Shown here: positions 47,057-56,957 of the stretch, piece after piece
Layout: every line of letters begins with the position of its first letter
Numbering within the stretch: the stretch's first letter is position 1
Assembly (NCBI GenBank): GCA_963767005.1
Contig: CAVYCN010000018.1
Location: 80,823 to 144,822 of the forward strand
Length of the DNA stretch: 64,000 bases
Source of the DNA: an uncultured Actinomycetes bacterium
GTDB taxonomy: Bacteria > Actinomycetota > Thermoleophilia > UBA2241
Direction: 5' to 3'
Notes under the pieces: generated by a model
Seen by the model: only the letters and a program-made list of their open reading frames with translations
Database searches by the model: none
Told to the model about the DNA's origin: nothing
Position numbers and translations under genes: made by a program

Positions 47057-48289
47057 ATGAGCGACGACGACGCCTCGAGGGCGGACCACGACGACACGGC
47101 GGCGACCGGCGGCGACCGGGTGGCGAGCGCGTGCGACAGCGGCGCGGCGGCGAGCGGCGCGACCGCGGCCGGCGCCGCGGCGCCGGCCGCGCGCGGCCTC
47201 GTGGTGCCGCGCTGGGTGCAGCTCGCCGTGCTGCCGGTGCTGCTCATCATCGGCTGGCTGCTGCTCACGCGCATCGGCGAAGCGGTCTTCATCTTCGTCG
47301 TCGCGACCCTCCTCGCGCTGGCCCTCAACCCCTTCGTCCGCGCGCTGCAGCGCCTGAAGTTGCCGCGGCCGCTCGCCGTGGCCATCGTCTACCTCGTGGC
47401 GATCGGCGTGCTGGCCGGCGCCCTCGCGCTCGTCATCCCGCCGCTCGTGCACCAGCTCCGCGCCCTGCTGAACGCGCTCCCCGGCATGGCCCAGCAGGCG
47501 CGCGCCGGCATGCAGTCGCTGCAGCGCCTGGCCGATCGCTTCCACCTGCACATCAACGTCTCGCAGGAGCTGCAGAGAGCCGCCACGTCGGTCGCGACCT
47601 ACCTGCTCGGCGCCTCGCGCAGCCTGCTCGGCATCGGCGTGTCGGTCGCCCGCACGGTCACTGTGACGGGCATCATCGTGGTCATCTCGATCTACATGCT
47701 GCTCGACACCAGGCGGATCGGGCGCTTCATCGTCGACCACTTCCCCACCGGCTCGCGGGCCGACGGCTACGAGTACCTCACCATCACCCAGAGCGCCGTG
47801 GTCCGCTACCTGCAGGCCCAGATCCTGCTGTCGGCGGCGATCGGCACCGGCACCGGGCTCACGATGTGGGTGCTGGGGTTCACCGGCGTGTTCCCGTCGG
47901 GCTCCAAGTACGCCGTCGCCTTCGGCGCCTGGGCCGGTGTCACCGAGGTCATCCCCTACCTGGGACCGGTGCTCGGCGCGGTGCCGCCGGTCATCGTCGC
48001 CCTGCTGCACGCGCCGCTCACCGCCGTCTGGGTGGTGCTGGCATACGTCGGCATCCAGGAGATCGAGGGCCACATCGCGGCGCCGCTCATCATGGGCACG
48101 CGCTTTCGCGTGCACCCGCTCGTCGTGATCTTCGCCCTGCTGGTCGGCAACCAGCTCCACGGCATCATCGGCATGCTCATCGCCGTGCCCCTCATCCCCC
48201 TCGTGCGCGAGAGCTGGGTCTTCTTCCGCGGCCGCGTGCGACTCGAAGGCTGGAAGAAGGCCGCGCTCGACCTCCTCGACGACGACTAG
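47057..48289 (+). CDS. AI-2E family transporter
   Basis: Multiple TM segments, IPYLGP, QEIEGH...PLIMG and VHPLVV motifs. Confidence 0.9.
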   Translation: MSDDDASRADHDDTAATGGDRVASACDSGAAASGATAAGAAAPAARGLVVPRWVQLAVLPVLLIIGWLLLTRIGEAVFIFVVATLLALALNPFVRALQRLKLPRPLAVAIVYLVAIGVLAGALALVIPPLVHQLRALLNALPGMAQQARAGMQSLQRLADRFHLHINVSQELQRAATSVATYLLGASRSLLGIGVSVARTVTVTGIIVVISIYMLLDTRRIGRFIVDHFPTGSRADGYEYLTITQSAVVRYLQAQILLSAAIGTGTGLTMWVLGFTGVFPSGSKYAVAFGAWAGVTEVIPYLGPVLGAVPPVIVALLHAPLTAVWVVLAYVGIQEIEGHIAAPLIMGTRFRVHPLVVIFALLVGNQLHGIIGMLIAVPLIPLVRESWVFFRGRVRLEGWKKAALDLLDDD

Positions 48290-48708
48290 ACGTAGTCGCT
48301 CGCCGGTCTGATCGAGCAGGCCGCTCGCGGGGCGGCGGCGACCGCAGCTTTCGGTTGCCACCTCGCGGTGCACTTGCCGAATCGGCTGCCGAAACGGCAG
48401 ATTTGCTGCCGCAACCGACGCATCATCGACGAAGTGCTGTACACTGGCCGCGCCAGCCGAACGTCGATGCTCCGGCAGTGGGGGGAGCAGGTCCCGGCGG
48501 CCGGGGTACTGCGCCCCGGCGACGTCAGTCGACAGGCTGCGAGGTGATCCGCGGCTGGTCAGTGGTGGTTCGTGGCTTCTTCTTCATTTTCGTGCGCGGT
48601 CGCACGACCGCGTTCAGCGGCGCCTGACGTAGCCTCACTACGAGGCGCCCAGGACGGGTAGACCCCCAGGGAGCAGGATCTCCCCGCGACGCAAGGAGTG
48701 TGCTGAGA

Positions 48709-50097
48709 ATGGCTTCAACCGCACCGGTCCAGATCGATCGCAAGCGCATCGCGGAGCTCACCGACAAGGAGGAGCAGCGACTCGAGGCCTCGACGCCCAA
48801 GTCGTTCGAGCTCTACAAGCGCGCCGTCACGCACATGCCGATGGGCGTCGCCTCCACCTACCACGCCCGCGACCCGTACCCGGTGTACTTCACCCACGGC
48901 AAGGGTCCCAAGATCTACACGGTCGACGGTCAGGAGATCAGCGACTTCCACAACGGCTACGGCTGCATGGTGCAGGGCCACGCCCACCCCGTCATCGTCG
49001 AGGCCATCCAGAAGCGCGCGCCCTTCGGCACGCAGTTCGGTCTGCCCACCGAGGACGGCATCATCATGGCCGAGCACCTCGCCAGCGCCTTCAAGCTGCC
49101 GAAGTGGCGTTTCGTGAACTCGGGCTCCGAGGCCACGATGGACGCCATCCGCGTGGCCCGCGGCTTCACCGGGCGTGAGCCGATCGTCAAGATGTTCGGC
49201 TCCTATCACGGTCACCACGACTATGTGATGGTCTCGATCGGCGTGAAGGACTTCGGCGACGTCGGTCCGCGCGACAACTACAAGTCGGTCTCGTACGGCG
49301 CCGGCATCCCGCAGTCGTCGATCGACCTGACGATCCCCGTGCCCTTCAACGACCCCGAGAACATGAACAAGCGCATCGAGCGCATGGTCGCCGAGGGCAA
49401 CACGCCGGCCGCCCTCATCATGGAGCCCGCCATGATGAACCTCGGCGTCGTGCTGCCCGAGCCCGGCTTCCTCGAGGCGGTACGCGCCATCACCAAGAAG
49501 CACGGCATCGTCCTCATTTTCGACGAGGTCAAGACCGGCATCTGCACCGCTCGCGGTGGCGCCGTCGAGCGCTGGGGCGTCGTGCCCGACATGATTTGCC
49601 TCGGCAAGGCGATCGCCGGCGGCACGCCGTGCGGCGCGATCGGCGGCACCGACGAGGTCATGGACGTCATCCACGAGGGCACCGTCTTCCAGGTCGGCAC
49701 TTACTCCGGCAACCCGCTCTCCATGGCGGCCGCCCGGGCCAGCTTCGAGCAGGTCATGACCGACGAGGCCTATGCCCACCTGAACTACCTGAACGACCGC
49801 CTCGTCAAGGAGTGCGACGCGATCTGCGCCAAGTACGACTTCCCGGGCTACACGGTCGGCATCTCGTCCAAGGGCTGCGTCAACTTCGCCGCGGGGCGTA
49901 TCACCGACTACGAGTCGTTCATCAAGTACCAGGACCACGAGCTCGTCGCCCTGGCCTGGCTCTACAACTTCAACCGCGGCGTGATCATCGCTCCCGGGCG
50001 CGAAGAGGAGTGGACCCTGTCGATCACGCACACCGACGAGGACATCGACCGCTACGTCACCGCCTTCGACGAGCTGGTGCGCGACGTGACCGCCTGA
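48709..50097 (+). CDS. Class III PLP-dependent aminotransferase (glutamate-1-semialdehyde aminomutase-like)
   Basis: VNSGSEAT, SYHG, LIFDEVKTG, LGKAIAGG (PLP Lys) and GTYSGNP; substrate not assignable. Confidence 0.9.
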   Translation: MASTAPVQIDRKRIAELTDKEEQRLEASTPKSFELYKRAVTHMPMGVASTYHARDPYPVYFTHGKGPKIYTVDGQEISDFHNGYGCMVQGHAHPVIVEAIQKRAPFGTQFGLPTEDGIIMAEHLASAFKLPKWRFVNSGSEATMDAIRVARGFTGREPIVKMFGSYHGHHDYVMVSIGVKDFGDVGPRDNYKSVSYGAGIPQSSIDLTIPVPFNDPENMNKRIERMVAEGNTPAALIMEPAMMNLGVVLPEPGFLEAVRAITKKHGIVLIFDEVKTGICTARGGAVERWGVVPDMICLGKAIAGGTPCGAIGGTDEVMDVIHEGTVFQVGTYSGNPLSMAAARASFEQVMTDEAYAHLNYLNDRLVKECDAICAKYDFPGYTVGISSKGCVNFAAGRITDYESFIKYQDHELVALAWLYNFNRGVIIAPGREEEWTLSITHTDEDIDRYVTAFDELVRDVTA

Positions 50098-50115
50098 CGT
50101 CCGACAGGCACGCGT

Positions 50116-50166
50116 AAAGCGGGGGCGCCCGCCGGCCGGCCGGCCGGCGGGCGCCCCCGCTTTTTT
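50116..50166 (+). terminator. Intrinsic terminator after the aminotransferase
   Basis: gcgggggcgcccgccggcc...ggccggcgggcgcccccgc followed by tttttt. Confidence 0.88.
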
Positions 50167-50202
50167 GTCGTCTGCGGCCGCCGACGCCGCGCCCGCGAGC
50201 GG

Positions 50203-51186
50203 CTACCAGGACCAGGTGCGCGGGTCCTCGTAGCCGGCATCGTCGTCGGGGCCGGTCGCCGGTGACGCGCCCTCGGAGCCGGCCGTGTCACCGGCCGGCG
50301 CGGGCGTGTCGCTCAACGCGTCGAACACCAGGTCGAGGCCGCTACCGTCCTCGCCCAGGTCGAGCGCCGGTCCGGGCGACGGCTGCGGCTGCGCCTCGCC
50401 GGCTAGACGGGCGATCTCGCCGGCCACGCTGTCGCGGTGGGCGTCGAGGTCGGTGGTCGGCGCCTGCGGCCGGTCGCCGGCGGTGAGCAGCACGCGCGCG
50501 TGGCAGAACTTGCCGAGGATCGAGATGACCGTGACCTCTTCGAGATGGCTGGCCGCCGCGACCTCGCTCACGGTGCGGCGGTCGTCGACCAGACCGAGCA
50601 CGTGGAACTCGTCGCGGCCCATGGGGATGGCGTGGTGCGGCAGGGTCTCGTAGTCGCGATTGCGGATGAGGATCGTGCTGGCGGCGCCCAGGACGTCGAA
50701 GGCCGCCACGTAGTCGGCCCCCACCGACGAGACCTCGATCAGCACGCTCTGCGTGTCGATCGTGATGTAGTCGACCGGCACCGCCGTGTCGTCCATCACG
50801 AACATGAACGTGCCGTTCTGGCCGGTCGTCTTGACCGCGAGGAAGGTGTTGGCCACCTGGCGCGACAGCACCTCGCGCACGTCATCCTCGGCGACGTAGC
50901 CGCGCTCGACCAGGATGGTGCCGAGCGGCCGCGGGTCGCTCTCCTGCTCGCGCAACGATCGGTCGAGCTGCTCCTGGCTCACGAGCGAGCGCTTGGTGAG
51001 CAGGCTGCCGAGGACGGTGTCGGCGTAGACGCGGGTGGAGTCGCGGGTCTCGGCGATGCGGCCGCGCACGAAGTGGACGTCGATCTGCCGCTCGGCGCAT
51101 TCGATGTGAAGGGTACCCGACCGCCGCACCCTGCCGAGCATCTGCAGCACTTCGACGACGCTGAAGGTGTCAAGCGTGCCGTGCAT
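50203..51186 (-). CDS. DUF4388 (PATAN-like) domain protein
   Basis: GTLDTFSVVEVLQML...SGTL...FVRGRI followed by LGSLL...LGTILVERG (MshEN-like motif). Confidence 0.78.
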   Translation of the reverse strand: MHGTLDTFSVVEVLQMLGRVRRSGTLHIECAERQIDVHFVRGRIAETRDSTRVYADTVLGSLLTKRSLVSQEQLDRSLREQESDPRPLGTILVERGYVAEDDVREVLSRQVANTFLAVKTTGQNGTFMFVMDDTAVPVDYITIDTQSVLIEVSSVGADYVAAFDVLGAASTILIRNRDYETLPHHAIPMGRDEFHVLGLVDDRRTVSEVAAASHLEEVTVISILGKFCHARVLLTAGDRPQAPTTDLDAHRDSVAGEIARLAGEAQPQPSPGPALDLGEDGSGLDLVFDALSDTPAPAGDTAGSEGASPATGPDDDAGYEDPRTWSW

Positions 51187-51194
51187 GGGTGGCC

Positions 51195-51208
51195 CGAGTG
51201 TATACTCG
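51195..51208. promoter_or_regulatory. Overlapping bidirectional -10 elements
   Basis: cgagtgtatactcg gives TATACT on + (8 nt before ATG 51215) and TACACT on - (10 nt before ATG 51186). Confidence 0.55.
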
Positions 51209-51214
51209 CCTCTG

Positions 51215-51880
51215 ATGAGAGTCGACCTGCACGTCCACACGTACCCCGCCTCGACGTGCTCCTCAATCGCCTACCGCGACCTCATCGCCCACTGCCGCGA
51301 CCACGGGGTCGGAGCCATCGCCCTCACCAACCACGGCGACGTCGACGACAACCGCCGCCTCGCGGCGCCGCTCGCCGAGGTCGGCACCGTCCTCGTGCAC
51401 GGCGTCGAGATCTCGACGCTGTACGGCGACTTCGTCGTGTACTCGCCCGAACTCGACTTTCTCGCCGGCTTCGCGAAGCTGCAGGCCGTGCCCGAGGCCG
51501 GCGCGCTGCCCGCCGACGCCGCCGTCGTATGGGCCCACCCGGTGGCCGGCGGCGGCCTGAGCGGCTCGCCCTACTACCCGGGCCTCGCCCACCGTGTCGC
51601 CGGCCTGATCGACGCCGTCGAGGTGTGCAACGGCAACTGGCTCGAGCCGCGTTACACCGAGGCGGCCGCCGCGCTCTGCGCCGAGCTCGATCTGCCGGCC
51701 GTCGCCGGCAGCGACGCGCACGTCGCCGCGCGCCTCGAGGCCTGCGTCACCGAGATCGACGGCGACGTGCGCTCGACCGCCGACGTCGTCGCGGCGATCA
51801 AGTCGGGGGCGGTCTCCCCCATCGCGCCCCGCAACGCCGGCCGTGGAGTCGGCGCGCTGCTCGACCTGTTCAGACGCTAG
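51215..51880 (+). CDS. PHP domain phosphoesterase
   Basis: DLHVHT, ALTNH, GVEIS, WAHP and GSDAH motifs. Confidence 0.9.
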   Translation: MRVDLHVHTYPASTCSSIAYRDLIAHCRDHGVGAIALTNHGDVDDNRRLAAPLAEVGTVLVHGVEISTLYGDFVVYSPELDFLAGFAKLQAVPEAGALPADAAVVWAHPVAGGGLSGSPYYPGLAHRVAGLIDAVEVCNGNWLEPRYTEAAAALCAELDLPAVAGSDAHVAARLEACVTEIDGDVRSTADVVAAIKSGAVSPIAPRNAGRGVGALLDLFRR

Positions 51881-51898
51881 CCCACGAAAGGACGCGAC

Positions 51899-52303
51899 GT
51901 GATCTCACTTTCGCTCGAGACCGGCGAGCGCATGACGCTGGTCGACGTCACCGCGCTCGTCGAGCAGGCGCTCGCCGCGAGCGGCCTGCATGAGGGCGCC
52001 GTGCTGGTGTTCTGTCCACACACGACGGCCGGCCTGACGGTGAACGAAGACGCCGACCCGTCGGTGCGCCGCGACATCGTGATGGCGCTCGAACGCCTCG
52101 TGCCGGTCGACCTGCCGTTCGCCCACCTCGAGGGCAACTCCGACGCCCACGTGAAGGCGGCGCTCATGGGCTGCAGCGTGACCGTGCCGGTCGAGGACGG
52201 CCGCCTGGCGCTGGGCACCTGGCAGGGGATCTACTTCGCCGAGTTCGACGGGCCGCGCCGCCGGCGGCTGCTGGTGCAGCCGCTCGCGACCTGGCGACCC
52301 TAG
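51899..52303 (+). CDS. yjbQ: YjbQ/UPF0047 family protein
   Basis: HTTAGLTVNE, H...GNSDAHVK and LGTWQGIYFAEFDGPR. Confidence 0.93.
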   Translation: MISLSLETGERMTLVDVTALVEQALAASGLHEGAVLVFCPHTTAGLTVNEDADPSVRRDIVMALERLVPVDLPFAHLEGNSDAHVKAALMGCSVTVPVEDGRLALGTWQGIYFAEFDGPRRRRLLVQPLATWRP

Positions 52304-53802
52304 CGCCCGAGCGCCCGCTCGAGATGCAGCTCGAGCGGCCGCGTGTCGAGACGTCCGCCGCCGTTCTTGAGCAGGAGCTGGTCGGCCGAGTAATGCTGGC
52401 CGTGGGCCCACAGGCCCCTGAGCCACTCGCCGGCCGCCGGCTCGCGGAACCACTCCATGCCGAAGTTATCCTGCAGCAGCATGCGCAGCGCCCCTTCGAG
52501 CATCCAGGCGCGCAGGTAGTTCGAGGCGTAGAAGCCGTCGTCGATGTCGACCAGGTAGTTCGCGCCGGGCACGTCGATCTGGACGGCCTGCGAGAGGAGC
52601 GCCTGGTAGCGCCCGGCCATGTCGTCGAGCGGCCCGGTCTGCTTGTGGAACTCGGTCTCGTAGGCGAGCTTGCCGGCGTAGCGCCGCAAGAAGTAGAGCT
52701 CGACGAGATAGGCGAAGGTGAGGTACTCCTGCGATTCGCTGAAGTCGAGGTAGGTCTCGAGCCAGTGCGGGTTGAGCGTGAGGTGGTCGAAGATGAAGGC
52801 GAAGCCTTCGGTCACCGCGTTGTCGCCGAGAAAGCGGAACTCGAACGGCAGCGCGGGGTCGGTGTGGGCGAAGTGCTCGGTGTGGCCGCCTTCGTGGAGG
52901 AGCGCCTGGTAGTCGTCTTGGCCGCCCTTGGGCATGACGACCAGGTAGATCTCGTCGGGGATGCGCACCGGCGCGCAGAAGGCGCGTGGCGACTTGAGCT
53001 CGCGGGGCTCGGCGTCGAGATGCACGTTGGACTGCGTAGCGAGGTCGACGCCGAGGCCGCGCAGGGTGTGCTCGAACGTCGGCAGCAGCCGGTCGCTCGT
53101 GAAGATGTGGTCGTATTCGGGGGCGCGCACCAGGTAGGGCAGGTCGGACTGCCAGAGCTCGCTGCGTGACAGGCCGAGCTTGGCGCGCGCCACCTTGTCG
53201 AGGGTGCGCTGGTACAGACCCTCGGTGACCTGCAGGAACCGTTGCGTGGCGCCCCGCAGCATGCCGAAGTCGACGGCCCGGATCTCGGAGAAGAGCTCGG
53301 CGTAGGTGGGGTAGCCGAGCTCGGCCACGAGCTCGTGCTGGCGCCGCCAGCGGACGTCGTAGAGCGGGTTGAGGACGGACTCGGTGAGCTCGAGGCGGGC
53401 GTCGTGGATGCGGCGCCGGCGCTCGCGGTCGGGCTCGTTGGCCTGGACCACGCTGGAGTAGCGAAAGCCGATCTGCTCGCCGTCGACCGTGATCTTGGCG
53501 CGCGACTCGGTGTTGGCGATCTCGTCGGACAGTTCTTTGGTCTCGTTGCCCAGAAAGCCTTCGATGCCGAGGTTGAGCAGGAACGACAGGCAGCGGCGCT
53601 CGTCGTCGCCGGTCGCGGCGTCGTAGTGCTCGCGCAGCGTGCGCACAGCCGGCAGGGTGAAGAGGTCGGGATAGCGGTCGTAGACCGCGGTGAAGTCGCA
53701 GTCGGCCTTGAGGCCGGCGTAGTGACGGTAGGCTTCGAGGTCGAGAGCCCCGGTGAATTCTTCGGCCTGGCGCCGGTAGTCGGCGAGATCGAACGATGCC
53801 AC
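52300..53802 (-). CDS. M3/M32-like zinc metallopeptidase
   Basis: KSPRAFCAP and LLHEGGH (HExxH), with a downstream Glu in NAVTEG. Confidence 0.7.
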   Translation of the reverse strand: MASFDLADYRRQAEEFTGALDLEAYRHYAGLKADCDFTAVYDRYPDLFTLPAVRTLREHYDAATGDDERRCLSFLLNLGIEGFLGNETKELSDEIANTESRAKITVDGEQIGFRYSSVVQANEPDRERRRRIHDARLELTESVLNPLYDVRWRRQHELVAELGYPTYAELFSEIRAVDFGMLRGATQRFLQVTEGLYQRTLDKVARAKLGLSRSELWQSDLPYLVRAPEYDHIFTSDRLLPTFEHTLRGLGVDLATQSNVHLDAEPRELKSPRAFCAPVRIPDEIYLVVMPKGGQDDYQALLHEGGHTEHFAHTDPALPFEFRFLGDNAVTEGFAFIFDHLTLNPHWLETYLDFSESQEYLTFAYLVELYFLRRYAGKLAYETEFHKQTGPLDDMAGRYQALLSQAVQIDVPGANYLVDIDDGFYASNYLRAWMLEGALRMLLQDNFGMEWFREPAAGEWLRGLWAHGQHYSADQLLLKNGGGRLDTRPLELHLERALGR

Positions 53803-54016
53803 GCGCGTCTCCTAGCATGAGAGGTCGCCGGGGGGCACAGCCCGGCCCGCTCAGACATTCTGCCCGTGTCGCGGCCAGGCAGGCCACGAAGTCACGCCCG
53901 CCTGAGCGGCGACGACGGAGTCTATCGTCGGCACTCTAGCAGACCGTAGGTACGAAGTCGCAGCGAGGGTGGCCTTCCCCGGTGGACAATTGCCCGGCTG
54001 CGGTAGACTGGCCGTC

Positions 54017-55453
54017 ATGCCACCCCAGACGGGCGACATCCTGGAGCTCAGCGTCGACACCCTGGCCTACGGCGGTCAGGGCATCGGCCGCACCGACGGC
54101 TTCGTCGTGTTCGTGCGCGGCGCCCTGCCGGGCGACCTCGTGCGCGTCGAGGTGACGCGCCGCCGTCCAGGCTACGCCGAGGCTCGCCTGCTCGAGCTCG
54201 TGCAGCCCTCGCCGCGGCGCGTCGCGTTTCGCTGCGACCACCCGGCCGACGTGGGCGGCTGCGAGTGGCAGACGCTCGACTACGGCGCCCAGGTGGAGTT
54301 CAAGCGCCGTCAGGTCTGCGAGGCCCTGGCGCACATCGGCGGCCTCGAGCACGCCGAGGTCACGCCCGTCCTCGCCATGGACGACCCCTGGCGCTACCGC
54401 AACAAGATGGAGTACTCGTTCGCGAGCGCCGGCGGCGAGACGGTCCTCGGCATGCACCGTCGGGGCTCGTGGCGCGACGTCGCCGACGTGCCCGACTGCC
54501 GCCTCGCGCCGCTCGAGATGTCGAGGGCGCGGCAGGCGGTCCTGACCGCCTGCCGCGCCCTCGACCTGCCGCCCTACTCCTCGGCGACCCACAGCGGCCT
54601 GCTGCGCCACCTCGTCGTGCGTCGCGGGCGGGTCGGCGGCGAGCTCCTGCTCAACCTCTTCGTGACCGAGCGCTTCCGCGCTGAGCCCGAGCTCGCCGCG
54701 CGCGTCGCCGCCGAGCAGCCCTTCACCTCGTTCGCGGTCACGGTGAACGAGTCGCGCGCCGACGCCGCCGTCGGCGTCGGGCCTTTCATGGTCGAGGGGC
54801 CGCCGTACTTCCACGAAGAGCTCGCCGGCGTGCGCCTGCGCGTGCCGGCGCTCGCCTTCCTGCAGACGAACTCCGAGATGTGCGGCGTGCTCTACGAGAC
54901 GGCGCTGCGGGCCGCCCGGCCGCAGGCCGGGCGGCCCGCCTACGACCTCTACTGCGGCATCGGCGGCCTGAGCCTGCTGCTCGCCGGCCACGGCGCGCTC
55001 GTGCACGGCATCGAGCTCCAGGACGAGGCGGTCGCCGCGGCGGCCGAGAACGCCCGCCTGACCGCGGCGACCGGGGTGACCTTCACGGCCGGCGACGTGC
55101 GCACGCTGCTGCTCGACCCGCCCACCGGGCGCGACCCCGACGTGGCCCGCCTCGTGCTGGCCGACGGCAAGCCCCACCACTCCCTGCGCACGCCCGCCAG
55201 CCGGCCCTTCGTGCCGCCGGCGGTCGTCATGACCGACCCGCCGCGGGCCGGCATGGCGCGCAAGGCCGTCGAGCGCATGGCGCTGCTCGGCGCCGACCGC
55301 ATCGTCTATGTGTCGTGCAACCCGACCACGCTGGCCGGCAACGCCGCCCAGCTCGCCACCATCGGCTACCGCCTGGAGACCGTGACGCCGGTCGACATGT
55401 TCCCCCACACCCACCACATCGAGGCGGTCGCCACCTTCGTCAAGGACGTCTGA
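54017..55453 (+). CDS. rlmD: 23S rRNA (uracil-1939-C5)-methyltransferase
   Basis: TRAM domain, YRNKMEY, FLQTN, DLYCGIG, DPPRAG, YVSCNPTT and DMFPHT; TAGACT -10 lies 7 nt upstream. Confidence 0.93.
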   Translation: MPPQTGDILELSVDTLAYGGQGIGRTDGFVVFVRGALPGDLVRVEVTRRRPGYAEARLLELVQPSPRRVAFRCDHPADVGGCEWQTLDYGAQVEFKRRQVCEALAHIGGLEHAEVTPVLAMDDPWRYRNKMEYSFASAGGETVLGMHRRGSWRDVADVPDCRLAPLEMSRARQAVLTACRALDLPPYSSATHSGLLRHLVVRRGRVGGELLLNLFVTERFRAEPELAARVAAEQPFTSFAVTVNESRADAAVGVGPFMVEGPPYFHEELAGVRLRVPALAFLQTNSEMCGVLYETALRAARPQAGRPAYDLYCGIGGLSLLLAGHGALVHGIELQDEAVAAAAENARLTAATGVTFTAGDVRTLLLDPPTGRDPDVARLVLADGKPHHSLRTPASRPFVPPAVVMTDPPRAGMARKAVERMALLGADRIVYVSCNPTTLAGNAAQLATIGYRLETVTPVDMFPHTHHIEAVATFVKDV

Positions 55454-55504
55454 GCCGGCGTCGGGACGCCACCGGCGCGGCCCCCGCGGCCGCGCGCCCG
55501 CGGC

Positions 55505-56260
55505 TCAGGGGGCGGTCGGCGCGCCGTCGGCCGGCGGCCGGCCACCCTTGAAGAGGAGGTCGGCGTTGACGGCCAGGAACGCGGCCGACAGGAGCGGCAG
55601 GGCGGGCAGGGCGCGCGACCACACGGCGAGCGCCACCGTGCCCACGAACGAGGCCACCATGGCGACCAGGGTGAGCCGCACCCGCAGACCGTAGCCGAGC
55701 GCCGCCGCGAGGTAGAGCGTGAAGAACAGCACGTCGGTCGTGCCCAGCGCCGAGTAGGCGTCACGCACCGTGTAGCCGATCGTCGGGAAGGCCACCACGA
55801 AGTACGAGATGGTCTGCGGCGCCTTGGTCAGGAGCAGGTTCGTCGGTCCCTGGGGCAGGAAGACGCTGGCCGTGTCGAGGACGCCGACCAGCACGGCGAG
55901 CACCGTGATGACGCGCAGGTCGGCGGCGAGCTGCGACAGGCTCGTGCCCAGCCAGTAGCCCAGGCCGGCGCCGAGGCCGATCTTGCCGAGGTCGGCGAGC
56001 GGCACGACGTCGAGGAGCGAGCCGGCGACCGCACAGGCCAGGCCGGCGCCGGCCAGCATCAGCATCGTGCGCGGCGCCGGGCGCCCGACGACGACCGCGC
56101 CGATCATGACGCCGACGAGCGCGACCCCGCCCGCCATCGAGACGATCACGTCGGGCTTGAACGAGAAGACCGGCAGGTGGCCGCTCACCAGGATGAAGCC
56201 GACGAAGACGGCGGCGGCGGCGACCAGCGCGACCGCCCGGGACCGGCTCACGGGGCTCAA
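55505..56260 (-). CDS. Polytopic membrane protein with presenilin/SPP-like motifs
   Basis: 8-9 hydrophobic segments with membrane Asp in GVLD and LGTTD and a C-terminal LPALP; TTG overlaps the upstream TGA. Confidence 0.65.
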   Translation of the reverse strand: MSPVSRSRAVALVAAAAVFVGFILVSGHLPVFSFKPDVIVSMAGGVALVGVMIGAVVVGRPAPRTMLMLAGAGLACAVAGSLLDVVPLADLGKIGLGAGLGYWLGTSLSQLAADLRVITVLAVLVGVLDTASVFLPQGPTNLLLTKAPQTISYFVVAFPTIGYTVRDAYSALGTTDVLFFTLYLAAALGYGLRVRLTLVAMVASFVGTVALAVWSRALPALPLLSAAFLAVNADLLFKGGRPPADGAPTAP

Positions 56261-56862
56261 TACGGCGGGATCGCCTCGTACCACTCGCCGAGGCGACGGA
56301 AGGCACGCCAGAAGGCCGCCTTGAGGCGCTGCTCGTCGAGCGACGCGTCGATGTCGGGCGTGACGAGCACCTCGGTGCCGGGCGTGAGCTCGACGATCTC
56401 GCCGACCGTGAAGGCGAGCGGCTGCGCCGTCGGCAGCGCCAGCCGGTCGAGCGCCGCGACGACGTCCTCGCCCATGGCGACGATCAGCTTGGGCTCGACA
56501 ATCGCGATCTCGCGGCGCAGGAACTCGAGGCAGCGGTCCTCGGCGCGGTCGTCGTCGCGCACGCTGCCGCACTTGAGCACGTTCGTGCCGTAGAGCTGGA
56601 GCGGGTCGATCGCCAGGCGCTGGCAGCTCTTCATGACGGCCGTGCCGGCCCGCCCGAAGAAGGCCACGCCTTCGTGCACCTCGCTGGGCTGGGCGCGGAA
56701 CTTGAGCAGCATGATGTCGGCCAGCGGATGGCCCGAACCGATCACCGGCATCGACCTGCTGTGCGAGCACAGACGGCAGCGCAGGACCTCCCCGGTCAGA
56801 TCGTTGATCTCGGAGATGGCGCGCGTGAGGTACTTGTCGTAGATCTCGTTCGGCTGTCCCAC
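56257..56862 (-). CDS. Uracil-DNA glycosylase superfamily protein (family 4-like, divergent)
   Basis: CRLC, FFGRAG, TNVLKC, C...LRREI...PKLIVAMG; canonical GEAPG and HP motifs absent. Confidence 0.72.
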   Translation of the reverse strand: MGQPNEIYDKYLTRAISEINDLTGEVLRCRLCSHSRSMPVIGSGHPLADIMLLKFRAQPSEVHEGVAFFGRAGTAVMKSCQRLAIDPLQLYGTNVLKCGSVRDDDRAEDRCLEFLRREIAIVEPKLIVAMGEDVVAALDRLALPTAQPLAFTVGEIVELTPGTEVLVTPDIDASLDEQRLKAAFWRAFRRLGEWYEAIPPY

Positions 56863-56957
56863 GGGTCCGCCTTGGGGTCGTCTGACCCTTCTATTTTGCG
56901 CCGCCGGAGGAATTCCTGCGCTCCCGTGCGCCGCGGACGGGCGGCTGCCGCGCGCGC

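Noticed and set aside
48709-50097. Calling the aminotransferase hemL
   Set aside because: GSA-like, but there is no heme gene context and the N-terminal motifs diverge; substrate left unassigned.
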